This document shows positions 51,294 to 62,663 of a stretch of DNA of 64,000 nucleotides, one piece after another. This DNA is from Microthyrium microscopicum (lineage: Eukaryota), in the NCBI GenBank assembly GCA_010405405.1, contig MU004243.1, positions 181,340 through 245,339 on the forward strand. Direction: 5' to 3'. Numbering within the stretch: position 1 is the stretch's first letter; each line of letters begins with the position of its first letter. The translations under genes and the position numbers were made by a program. Below the pieces are notes generated by a model. It did no database searches and was not told the DNA's origin. It worked only from the letters and a program-made list of their open reading frames with translations.

Positions 51294-51388
51294 GCCATGC
51301 GAAAATTAATGATTTTACTCAAGTTGTGAGGGCTAATTTGCATAGTTTGTTATATAACTAACGGGTTTGCACTACATTTCTTTGTAGT

Positions 51389-51503
51389 TTTGCATAACTT
51401 TTCACGCTTCTGCACGATTCTTCACGAGTCTATATTGTTCTTCAACGACTTTGTATTGTTCTTCACAAGTTTGCATTATTCTTCACCGCTCTTTATTGTT
51501 CTC
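51389..51503. repeat. ~20-bp degenerate tandem repeat, about 5.7 units
   Basis: Units such as TCTGCACGATTCTTCACGAG, TTTGTATTGTTCTTCACAAG and TTTGCATTATTCTTCACCGC. Confidence 0.75.
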
Positions 51504-52997
51504 GATTAGCCGACCTGAACAGGAAATAAGCAACCTTGGGAAGGTATTGCTCTTATTACTAGTACTTAAGTAGAGTAGTAATTAGGATGGCAACTAACGT
51601 AACGATTCAAACTATCATCCTGCATATTAACTACCTAAGCAGCGCATTATGTTCATTTCGTCTAAAGAAACGCCGTAATGCTTCCAATACTCCAAAGCAT
51701 GGCATTGAACGGGTAGTTGTCGACCACAAGCACGTTAACATCTCTTATCTTTCTTCCACGATGAAAGCGACCTTCTTGCTTATATGGCTTTTAAATACGC
51801 CACTAAGCGCATATATCTGAGTCTTGGCTGTCACATTCATGGCTATCGGTACAAGTATTATATAAATATATCTTCTAACTGCTGCTCTAATTGAAATGAC
51901 ACAACGGCTAAAGCCGGATAAGTGGATATTGGATAACGGTTCCCCAGACTCACGTGAAGAGCGAAACGCGGGGCATCATCATATAATTGCTTTTTCCAAG
52001 CCTGTTTTGCGGGGCATTTTTAGACAATATGCAGTATCAAGGATGTTGATAACCCAGGTTGAAGTATTGCTGTTCTGGGTAGGTGATGCAATGTCAACAA
52101 TTGTGGTCCGATATTCAGCTCAGAAGTTGCAAGAAAGCCATTCCTTTCCTTGGTTCAAGAATGGATCGTCATTTGGCCAGATCTGGACTGCGAAATGGTC
52201 ACGATGTAAAAGCCACGCGGATGTCAACTTCCGTCTGGTACCGGTTGTGTTATTATCTCCATCTCATCATTTCTCCTGCCGCTGCTTACGAGCCGTGGAT
52301 CTTTTGAGCTCCATCCAAGTTGTATGCCATTCGGGAGCTAGTCGCAAGGTTCCTGAGCCATCCTTGATGGTAAATACTCTGAATACTCCAGAATTACTGG
52401 CTGGAGAGGACATACCCTTGCTGGACTCCGGTTCAACCCGCCAGATGCATTTGTTACCCTATGTTTCAAGGCAGGCGTGGCAGGTCAAGCTTCTGATCGT
52501 CATTCTTGGGTGATCGGGAACTACTTTCACGATAACTGCGGCTGCCGCGTTGCAAGGCCAAGTTGGCGTGGTCACGTCTTCATGGTACTTGCTCAGCGCG
52601 TATAAGTACAGCCACATTGCTGCCATCCGTAATCATTTCACTCTTGCCTATAAGATTTCGCCTTCCGCTGCCAGTTGTGTACTAGATCATCTATTCACCG
52701 ACACCTTCTCTTTGAAACACCAATTGCAATCAACCAATCTTTTCAGGTAGCCCACGTGTTCAGGCAGACCTATTGCTTTCGCCGATCCAGTAATCCAATC
52801 CACCTCACAGCAGCTTGCCGTGTCACCTAATCTGGTCATTCTTGGGACAGTGACTATTTGAGGTCCTTTCGCCCCGTCCAAGTTTTGTAAACTTATAAAC
52901 CACTCTTCCTATAAAAAGCATCATTCTCTGCTATCAAACTCGAATATCCACCCTCTACACCAAAACCGCAACTCTATCACTTTCTCAAATCAACAAC

Positions 52998-53309
52998 ATG
53001 TCTACTGCTCGTCGCGATTCCACCTTCTTGGTGCTTGCACCTGAATCATCCAGCGGATTTCCCAAGGAAGACTCTCGTTCATCTTCCATGTCTTCCACCG
53101 CTTCCAAGCCAATCTTGGACAACGTTGCCGTCGACGGTTCTGCTATCGACACTACCGCCCCAGCCGATCTAGTCGTCCCAGTCAAGGACCGTCGATCAAG
53201 CAGCGTCAGTAGCAATGGCTCTGCCCGTCGATTCCTCAAGCTTGGACCTGTTCACTTTGGAGGCGATCCAAAAGAATCCGACTGGGTCGAAGTTCCCGAT
53301 GAGAAATGA
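52998..53309 (+). CDS. Small Ser-rich hypothetical protein (103 aa)
   Basis: Good start context (CAACATGT), TATAAAA at 52910-52916, C-ending codon bias, and C-terminal RRFLKLGPVHFGG motif. Confidence 0.8.
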   Translation: MSTARRDSTFLVLAPESSSGFPKEDSRSSSMSSTASKPILDNVAVDGSAIDTTAPADLVVPVKDRRSSSVSSNGSARRFLKLGPVHFGGDPKESDWVEVPDEK

Positions 53310-54821
53310 TCATCTCGACACACGGCAAAGCAGCTGCGGCTAATTCGCTATCTTTTACGACGTTACGACACTTTAGCATTGGTCAGACACGGAAATTGAA
53401 GACCGGTCCAATCGGGCGCTTGGAATGGATTTAGAAATCATTATGCTGTGATCCAGATTCTTGGATATTCCATCTTTCTACGTATTACTCCAAATAGGAA
53501 TGAAAATGCTCGTCCTTGGCACTTATCTTGTGGTTGAAGAAACTGATGGACGTGATACAAATGATCTTATCTTCGTGGCACGAATAAGAAGTATTGAAGA
53601 TACTAGATTCCAGGGTCCTGTGAGATTGTGGCCTAAATGTCTGTGGACCAGGTTCATTGTCAACCGTGGGTGCTTCGATTGGTAAAGGTTGAATATGGTC
53701 GTGGGGGGAGTTGCAGATGAAGCAAAAGGCTAGCTGGTCTCCGCATTCCACAGCAGCATGCAGACAGCTGTGTTGCCACGCTAATATCAACCCTGGCGAC
53801 TTGTATCTTGCATTTAAATCTAAATGCAGCTACTGGGCGGGACCTCACATTGAAATATGCCGCACAGTATCAATCTGTCTAAGCGCTCTCCTTTCAAGAC
53901 GAAAGCCCTTCGTGACCATGAGGGGCATTCACGCGGTGTACGCCACTCGTATCATGCATTCCATTTTCTTGTCGGGTTAGATCTCGTGAGATGATGATGT
54001 GATGGTACTGTTGGGAGTTTAGCATCCAGATCTTTGCTGCATCATATTCCTGCATTGCTGCGGCTTGGACGGCAAGTCGCCGATAGGTCCAATCATCAAG
54101 GAGTTAGATTCATTGATCTACACTTCCAAGAAGTCCCAAGACGTTGCACATGCTCATTGTCCGACCGTTTTTCTTACCCGCCGAGCCGCCAATATCTGTT
54201 GATGTTGCATATCCAAGATTCCGTGGTCAAAATGGAAGTTTTGTGTGTCGATGATGCCATTCGCCAAGGTATATGAGCGGTACGAGAGGAAAGTCTTCGT
54301 AGGCACCGCAGTAACAATTACGGCCGGGTGAAAGATGCTTGAGTCGGACGCGACGAGAAGGATGAAGTTAGAGTTAAGAAAGCCAAGAACGAGGTTTCGG
54401 CTTGTTGTAGATTTGTGGAGAGATCCATGTGGCTGCTCGGCAACTCCCGAGATGGTCTTCCAGCTCCAATAATGAGTTTTGGAAGGCGCCCTCAAGCAAC
54501 TCCTTTTCTTGATCAATATACTATACTCGATTGTTGCAATTCAATTGCCAATTCGATGTTTGGTCTCTGTAGTAATATCAGGTGGATGCTTAGAAAGCAT
54601 CTCCAACCTCCAAACCTGGCAATTCCTAGTCAACTAATTTGCTAGCCTCCGTAGGACTACCATACCTAGGTAGGAGAGCTCCGAAGGGACACTACCCAGC
54701 ACGAACCCCAGCCATGTTTACAACCTCTTCCACAGAATCAATCATGATGCAAAACATTATCCTGTCTCAATAACATCCATCAACTTGTCATGCACGCATC
54801 AAACAGCCAAGAATCTGAGAA

Positions 54822-55583
54822 ATGGGCGTCGCCATATCCTCCCAATCACAACTTGCACCCATCAGTCTTGCCTCTACTATCATCGGTTTCATTTCCTTTG
54901 CCTTTACATTGGCTACCTTACTCCGAGTATTCTGGAATGAATTGCAAACATTTTCGGCTGCAAAGAGTGAGATCGAAGACCATCTTACGAACCTCAAACA
55001 GTCTCTATATGAAGAAAGATCCACCTTGAAAAGGGCGCGGAGGATCCATCAGAGGCGCCGCCAGTCTGCACATACCGATGCAAAGGAACGGGAGCGAGAA
55101 TCGGCTCTGGACGTGGCATTTCGAGCTATGCAGCGGACCAACAAGCATGCGATCCAACAATTCATAATACTGGAACGTCCCTTCCTAGAATATCCTGATG
55201 CCGAACGTAGGAAATCTTCTGATAAATACGATGAGGCATATTATGGTTACAGCAGTGGTGATGGGACCAAAGACCTCGAAGTGGCTGAATACAGCATGGC
55301 TGGGTACAAAAAATGTGGATTTAGGGAAAGACTGCACTGGGTTCATAAGAAGGAAACAGTTACTTCAATGACGAAAGCGCAGTCCCTCATGACGATACGA
55401 AGAATGAGTTTGCAATTCAACGGCTTCTCTTAGTAAGTACAATCATGCGATGACAGCGCAAGTACTGACTTGGAGACTAGCAACATGAGAGACTTTGGCA
55501 TGAATTTTAATGACATTGACGACAGACTTTATGAGATTGAGGATCGATTACACCGAGTTGTTGGTGTTCAGCGAATAGCCTAA
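54822..55583 (+). CDS. Hypothetical protein with N-terminal TM helix and coiled-coil segments, 2 exons
   Basis: Intron 55433-55480 (GTAAGT..ACTGAC..TAG) extends the ORF to ...IEDRLHRVVGVQRIA-TAA. Confidence 0.8.
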
Positions 55584-56187
55584 GTCATCAACTTGTTTGG
55601 AATGACTAAAATGGGTGATTTGAAAGTGCTATTGCCATAAAGCATCGCATATCTACAAGATACACCCACGGACAAATGCTCGACCAAAGGCAACACCAAT
55701 GACGGAACAACTTTGTCTACTAAGTAATTAGATTGTATGACAACACGACAGATCCATCATACACGCTTTATGCTATACACCAATAGCAAATCTAGGATGA
55801 GAACCGGGATTCCGAGATTTTGACAAGCACTTCTACCTGGGAATCTTAGTAAAACCCGCCAGTCCGCCGGAGCAAAAGGAGCCTGCGCGAATTGATTAGA
55901 TTAATACACGTCTTGGTTATTAACGCCGCTCCTATAACATTCACCAGAATGCGCAACAAGATCGCTCATAGGGCACTTCAAATTAAGGGCCTACTACTAA
56001 ATAGCCGGACATTACACCTGGATTAAAGCATTCAGTACATTCCATATCAATTCTCCGGCGTCGATGTCCAGTTTACGGAAAAACTGAGATATAATGGTTT
56101 TCTGTCGCTGTAGCCAGCCAGGCCTTCGGCGTCCACCCACATTCCTTTACAGACCAACTTGAACGCCGAAAGAAGAAGATAGCAATC

Positions 56188-57339
56188 ATGCGTGTCTCTT
56201 CAGTTGCCATTTTCTCGGCCATTGGCCTCGTTGCCGCCCAGGATTGTGCCAAAATTCCGGAGACCATCACCTACAACAAAGCCACCCTTCCCGACCCCTT
56301 CACAACCGTCGGCGGTGCCAAAGTAACCACCAAGGCACAATGGCAATGCAGACGCCAGGAGATCATCGAGTTACTCTCTCGCTACGAACTCGGTCCAAAA
56401 CCACCCAAGCCCGCTAATGTATCGGCCACTTTCTCCGGCAACTCCATAAAGATCACGATCACTGAAGCCGGCAAGACCATCACCATGTCTCCCAGCGTCA
56501 GAATTCCCACCGGCGGCTCGGCACCATATCCAGTGATCATTGCCTTTGGCATGCCCAGCATTGCGATCCCCGCTGGTGTAGCCGTGGTCAACTTCCAACC
56601 CGAACAGCTAGCCCCCAGCGACCCACCGCACGGCAAAGGCGCCTTTTTCAACATCTACGGCTCCAACCACAACGCCGGCGGCCTCATGGCCTGGGCCTGG
56701 GGTGTCAGCCGCGTAATCGACGCCATTGAACAGATTGGCGCCGCAGCAAAACTCGACCCTAAGAGAATTGGTGTTACAGGCTGCTCACGTTACGGAAAGG
56801 GTGCCTTGGCCTCTGGTGCTTTTGACGAGCGCATCTCCCTCACGCTGCCTCAAGAAGGTGGATCCGGCGGCCCAGGCTGCTGGCGTGTTGTAGCTGAGAT
56901 GAAGAGAAATGGGACCAAAGTCGAAGACGCAGTGCAAATCAGCGGTGGTGATCAGTGGTTCAATCCCAAGTTTGCGCAAAATGCAAAGAACGTCAACGCC
57001 TGGCCTGAAGACCATCATATGCTCATGGGCCTGGTTGCGCCACGTGGTCTGCTTGTCATTGAGAACACGGGTATTGATTATTTGGGACCACCAAGTACAG
57101 CTGCGTGCACAACGGCTGCGAAGGAGATTTACAAGTCGTTGGGAGCTGGAGACTCAATTGGGTATACAGCGTCTAACCATGGTCATTGCTCGTTGCCTGC
57201 GAACCAAGGACCTGATATTGCGTTGTTTGCGCAGCGATTCTTGTTTGGCAAGGCTGAGACTAAGACGGAGATGTGGAAGACGGACAAGAAATTTGATGTC
57301 AAGAAGTGGATTGACTGGGCTACTCCGACACTCACATAG
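56188..57339 (+). CDS. Secreted CE15 4-O-methyl-glucuronoyl methylesterase
   Basis: Signal peptide, LPDPF, AWAWGVSRVIDA, signature GCSRYGK, QEGGSGG, DHHML..LVAPRGLL and HGHC. Confidence 0.93.
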   Translation: MRVSSVAIFSAIGLVAAQDCAKIPETITYNKATLPDPFTTVGGAKVTTKAQWQCRRQEIIELLSRYELGPKPPKPANVSATFSGNSIKITITEAGKTITMSPSVRIPTGGSAPYPVIIAFGMPSIAIPAGVAVVNFQPEQLAPSDPPHGKGAFFNIYGSNHNAGGLMAWAWGVSRVIDAIEQIGAAAKLDPKRIGVTGCSRYGKGALASGAFDERISLTLPQEGGSGGPGCWRVVAEMKRNGTKVEDAVQISGGDQWFNPKFAQNAKNVNAWPEDHHMLMGLVAPRGLLVIENTGIDYLGPPSTAACTTAAKEIYKSLGAGDSIGYTASNHGHCSLPANQGPDIALFAQRFLFGKAETKTEMWKTDKKFDVKKWIDWATPTLT

Positions 57340-57905
57340 TCGGCGGAATAAAACTCCTCTGCTTCTTTGAACTATAATGGATATGAGATGTAATAATCTG
57401 TGCTTTGAGTGTAAGGAGAAGATGGTTCCAAGCCGCGTTTCGAGTTTGACCATTGATTGACCAAAGAGCATGTTTGGCAAGTGCAACAAGATGTGAATCC
57501 ATGTTTAGCCACTGCTAGATATTAGACTATCTTCAATGTAGTAGGAGTTTCCATGGCATTGTTGTAATTCTCTTGTATAAACGCGATCCGAGTATATCAA
57601 CATACCTACGCAATCGTTCTTGAGCCGCGAACTACGCCAATGAACCGGAATTTCCAAATAGGGTATTGTTTTCAATATCTACTGCAAGAGGGCCAAAGCG
57701 GCCGGATCTTCCGATTTGCAATGATACCCAAGTATAAACACGTCTAAGCTTTCGTCCAAATATGAATTGCGTGGGTTATATATCTTTAATGATATAGTGG
57801 ATTTCTTTCTAGAAACATTTTCCATAGATATGTAGCCAAGTGCCCACTGCGTGGTAATTTGAAATATTTAAACATCTTGACTATTCTCCGTCAGAAGTCT
57901 TGAAT

Positions 57906-59593
57906 ATGGCAAAGTCTACTATATCAGCATTACTGCTGCTAGTGATCAGCACATGCTCCGCGTGGGAAATCGGCCAGGAAGTTAGCACTTCCAGTGGTAC
58001 CTACAAAGGCCATGATTCTGCACTGAAGCCAGGCGTCTCAGAGTATCTGGGCATTCGCTATGGACAGGAAACTTCTGGTGCAAGACGCTTTGCGAAGCCA
58101 GTGGCTTTTCAGAGCTCGGAGAAGTTCACTGCGAACAAGTTCTCCCTGGATTGCCCGACGATACTTACCAATATCACTGGGTAAGTTCATGTTTTATACA
58201 GTAGCAAATTGACGCTGATGATTTCTAGACCAATGTCAGCCATCGCTACAGCAGCACAAGCTACCAACCCCGCCGGCGAGGACTGTCTAGCGCTCAACGT
58301 CTGGACCAAACCACAAGTTGGCGAAAAGAAAAAAGCAGTCATGGTCTGGGTATACGGTGGAGGATTCAACGTCGGCACAGCGCAGGATAAGGAATTCGAC
58401 GGCTCCGTATACGCCGAGACAGAAGATGTCGTTGTCGTCACCCTCAACTACCGCCTAGTCGTCTTCGGTTTCCCCAGCGGAGTCGACGGTGTTGACAAGA
58501 ACGTTGGCTTGCGCGACCAGCGTCTGGCGACTGAGTGGGTCAAGGCCAACATTGAGAAATTTGGCGGCGATCCTAACAGAATCATTCTGTGGGGACAGAG
58601 TGCTGGTGGCTTCTCTGTTGATAACTATGCGTATGCGTGGGCTAAGGAGAAGGATCCGGTCATTACTGGAATCATTGCTCAGTCTGGTGGTGCTTCTGCT
58701 GGACGTAATGGCATGGTCAAGGATGCTAATGGAACCACCAAGGCATGGGCGGATATGGCGCAGAAACTCTCATGCGCTACTGTAGGCCAGGCTTCTGTTG
58801 ACTGTGTTCGCACTAAACCATGGTTGGATGTGTTGAATGCTATGCGAGGCGGTCCAGGTCTTTCCAATGGACCCATGAGGTAAGATATGTGCTGCGATGA
58901 CTGAAGCCTAGACTGACTTGTCCAGCCCTTTTACACCAACAGCAGACAACGAAGTAGTCTTCAGTGACTATGCTGCACGCGCAAAGAGTGGAGCTTTCAT
59001 CAAAGTAGTACGTACATCCCGCTGCCTTTCTAACATGCTCTTTACTTACCAAATCACAGCCTCTCCTAATCGGCAACAACGACAATGAATCCGGCGGCGG
59101 AGCATTAGCATTCACAGGCAAAGGCAGCGATCCCGACACACTAGCCAAACAAAACGCCGGCTTCTCCTGCCCACCAGGCCGAGCAGCTGCAGACCGCGAA
59201 GCCCAAGGACTCGGCGCCTGGCGCTATCGATTCATGGCAAAATACTCCAACGCAGACACCACAAAGCACGGTGGAGAACTCAGTGTTGTATGGGGTACCA
59301 TGGACGGCCAGCGACCAAATTTGCCAAAGAGCACTGAGGAGGAATACACTCTTAGCAAGAATGTGATGAAGCGGTGGGCAGCGTTTGCAAAGGATCCAAA
59401 GGAGGGGTTGACGAAGTTGGGATGGCCGGTATTTGATTCTACTAAGGCTACGTTGGCTCTGCTTGGTGATGATAACAAGGCGGAGATCAAGTTCATTGAT
59501 GCGGCCAAGTATGACAAGGCTTGTGCTTCGTATTGGACTTCTATGGGAGCGGCGCCTGCGAAGCCGGTGATGATGAAGAGAATGATGGCATGA
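57906..59593 (+). CDS. Secreted type-B carboxylesterase/lipase, 4 exons
   Basis: Signal peptide, YLGIRYG, EDCLALNVW, WVYGGGF, NYRL, FGGDPNRIILWGQSAG, LIGNNDNE and HGGEL. Confidence 0.9.
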
Positions 59594-59987
59594 ACGTTTT
59601 CTCTCTCTCGAAGATTTTGCTGGAGTAATGCCAGATTTGGATATGGATAGCTAGAGTAGGCTTTGGGTAGACATTAAGAGCACGAGTCTAAGTCCCTGGA
59701 AGTGGAAGTCAATCTTATGTAATTTATTTCTTTCCACGTTTGGCCTCGAAATGATAATTGTGAATGACTTACATACAAAATCAGCGATTAAAAGTGAGGT
59801 TGAAAGAAGAGTGGATGGATGATGCATGGAAGCCACGAGGAAATTGCCACGAGGTTTAAATCTGCTTCTTGGCAGCCGATTCCACGATTCATCATCAATC
59901 TTCAATCCCACCTTTTTCTCTCTTCACAGTCACTCTCGACAACTTTTTTCAATTGTCAGAGATCACAGAGATCATTCATTACACATC

Positions 59988-60404
59988 ATGCCTATCAGAC
60001 TAATCTCTCGCTCTGCTTGCCGCATTGCTCCTCCACATCCCACGCGCTCCCTTCTTCTCCACATACGGCATGCATCGTTTGGACCTACCGCCTCGCCACC
60101 TCGACTTCCCAAAGAAGAACAAGAGATATTTGAAGAGCTTCAGCGACGGAGTACTGGCGCATTCAGTCAGCCCCGCGAAGAAGCAAAAGAGTCACAGCCA
60201 AGCGAATTGAAATCATCAGAGTCAACGACGCCTGAAGCGACGAAAAGCGAAGAAGTCCATCCGAATCTGAGACGAGGAGCGCCGCCTGAGTTTGCAGGTG
60301 ATACCAACCCAAAGACTGGTGAAGTAGGAGGACCGAAGAATGAGCCACAGCGATGGGGTCCAGGAAGCGATTATAGCTATAATGGGAGAGTGACAGATTT
60401 CTGA
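59988..60404 (+). CDS. SDH8: Succinate dehydrogenase assembly factor 4 (DUF1674)
   Basis: Arg-rich mitochondrial presequence and C-terminal NPKTGEVGGPKNEPQRWG..DYSYNGRVTDF. Confidence 0.9.
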   Translation: MPIRLISRSACRIAPPHPTRSLLLHIRHASFGPTASPPRLPKEEQEIFEELQRRSTGAFSQPREEAKESQPSELKSSESTTPEATKSEEVHPNLRRGAPPEFAGDTNPKTGEVGGPKNEPQRWGPGSDYSYNGRVTDF

Positions 60405-61160
60405 GATGGAGAATTGATGATGATTGTACGATATCATGTGCCTAATACAGGTCCACGGGAGCAAAACTGGTAGATATATTGATATAGGCCACTGCTCAAC
60501 TGTACGAAACGAAGACTCGAAGCTGTTACAAGGTGAAATAAAAGTAAAATAGCCTATTCATCTATGATAATCGATTGGAACGGAGACTGAAAAATGCATG
60601 AGAATGCAACGGGTCGACAAAATAAATGGCTGTCCGAGCGAGTGAGATGTCTGCCACCTCACCTTTTAAACTTCAGACTCTTTAACTCCCATCGTATTCC
60701 ATATTCCATAATTCATTTTTCGCCGTCGATGGGAAATCAAGCAGTTCATATCAGAATGTAGCGAATGGCAGCCAACGAAGCTGATGGGAGCGCGCCATTT
60801 ACTCTGACCTTCGGTGGTGGTTGATTGGGACCTGCATGAGGCCCTGCAACTCAACACCGTGGACGTCCAAGTTGCCTGTCTTGTACTCCCATCCCATCTC
60901 GCACTTCCGTCAATCCTCAACTTTTTCACCGCTCTCTCTACCTGCCACTCGTTAAGCTAGTTCCATCGCATTCTATGGTAACCATTAAGTGCGAACCTGG
61001 TTTCCTGACTTCTCTGCCATCGCCATGCTCGACTTCTCGTAACCGCATCCATCCTCGAACCCTCCGCCTCGACCATTACGACTCCCCGAGCTCGACTTCC
61101 TGAAGTGCTCATACATCCATACCCTATCTTCCAGGGCTGGCAGGCCCAGCCGTCAACAAA

Positions 61161-62177
61161 ATGCCGAGCGGTGCTTTACCTCCCAAGAAGGCTTCTCCAT
61201 ATGTCGCCAATGTCAATCGCAACAAAGCCAGACAGATGTCTCCCCGGAGCGTTGTTCTTGGGGCTTTAGGTGTCATCGGTACTCTTTGGATGCTGTTCCG
61301 CCTGTTTGGCTCATCCTCAACCCCCAAATCAGCGCCCAAAAGCGTACCTGGAATGGGCGGATCAGCCTACGCAAAGACCGTCATCGTCACTGTTCTAGAC
61401 GAAAAAGCAGACGCAGACGGACCCATAGCCGACTTTGTCAAGCAGAACCGGATAGACTACGCAAAGAAGCATGGTAGGCCACACTTTCCTTGATGAATAC
61501 AAGAACTAACAAGACCAGGCTACGCGACCTTCTTTCCCTCCGCCAACAACTACACCATCAAACATGGCTCCTCCTCCTGGGCCAAAGTACCCGCCCTCCG
61601 CCACGCCATGACTCTCTTCCCCGAAGCCACCTACTTCTTCAACCTTGACCCCCACACTCTCATAATGAACCCAACACTAAGCATAGAAACCCATATCCTC
61701 GCCAAACAACGCCTCGAATCCCTCATGGTAACCGACGTCCCCATCGTGCCCCCGGACAGCGTCATAAAGACCTTCGCTGGCCTTAAAGGCGACCGAGTAG
61801 ATTTCGTCATAACCCAAGACCGCGAAGGACTCTCCGAAAAGTCCTTTATCATCCGCAACGGCGACTGGGCCCATTTCTTCCTCGACGCCTGGTTTGACCC
61901 GCTGTACCGCACATATAATTTCCAGCGCGCAGAGCGCCATGCGCTGGAACATATTGTGCAGTGGCACGGAACGATATTGGCAAAGTTGGCCCTGGTGCCG
62001 CAGAATATCATGAACAGTTATCATGAAAAGCAGGCGACGGCGGCGAATGATAATGGGATCTATAAGCCGGGAGATTTCATTGTCAATTTTGGCGACTGTA
62101 ATCAAAAGGCGAAAGGGCGGAATTGTGAGAATGAGATGAGGCCTTATTACGCCCGGTCGGTACAGGCTGATTTGTAG
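61161..62177 (+). CDS. MNN11: GT34 alpha-1,6-mannosyltransferase subunit (Mnn11-like), 2 exons
   Basis: Type II TM anchor, NRIDYAKKHG/Y, WAKVPALRHAM, FLDAWFDPLYR and ALEHIVQWHGTILAKLALVPQ. Confidence 0.82.
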
Positions 62178-62663
62178 GGAAATTAGTCTGGGGACTGGCG
62201 TGGTGAGGTTAGATCTTGTCTAGATATGATGATTCGTTTTTCAGCAATGTTATTATATGCATATGACTATCATATTGATTCTTATCAAATACTCGTACTC
62301 GTCAAAATACTCTACTTCCCCAGATATATTCTCACTTCTGGTGCCAATGTCACGGACTGGAAGTTCACTCTAGATGGAAAGTATATAAAATATGATATCG
62401 TCTCACATCAGTGATTTGGAACGATAAAAGTTGGATATGCCACTGGTAACAATTGTATCATGGATTAATATTTATCCTACAGCAATATAACATGCCGTAC
62501 TACTCTACAAAAGAAACTATATCTCAGATCTATATTCCCAAAAACATCAACGGCGCACTGCGTTGTAACCCCAAAACTCCAAAAAGTGTCAAAGAATAGG
62601 CTCAGAATGGTATACCCAACTCCGCTCAAAAAATGCGTATCAAATGTACAGTATACCGCTATT

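Larger units (their letters stand above)
51116..51296 (-). tRNA. tRNA-Arg(ACG) in three exons (51294-51296, 51213-51240, 51116-51156)
   Basis: Joined exons give GGCTTGT TG GCCC AATGGCA AGGC G CTTGA CTACGAA TCAAG AGATT GCAGG TTCGATC CCTGC ACAAGTC A (72 nt). The acceptor stem has 7 bp (one G-U), the anticodon and T stems 5 bp each; anticodon ACG; intact A and B boxes. Confidence 0.88.

Noticed and set aside
50990..51298. Spliced protein-coding reading from the ATG just before the tRNA exon 1 (MACWPNGKALDYESRDCRFD...)
   Set aside because: The exon sequence is fully explained by tRNA structure and the peptide has no recognisable features; treated as coincidental.
51896..52513. 205-aa ORF upstream of the 103-aa gene
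   Set aside because: No recognisable motif or coding-like composition; likely promoter DNA.
59826..59987. Longer start for SDH8
   Set aside because: Reads like a CT-rich 5' UTR; the mitochondrial presequence begins at ATG 59988.
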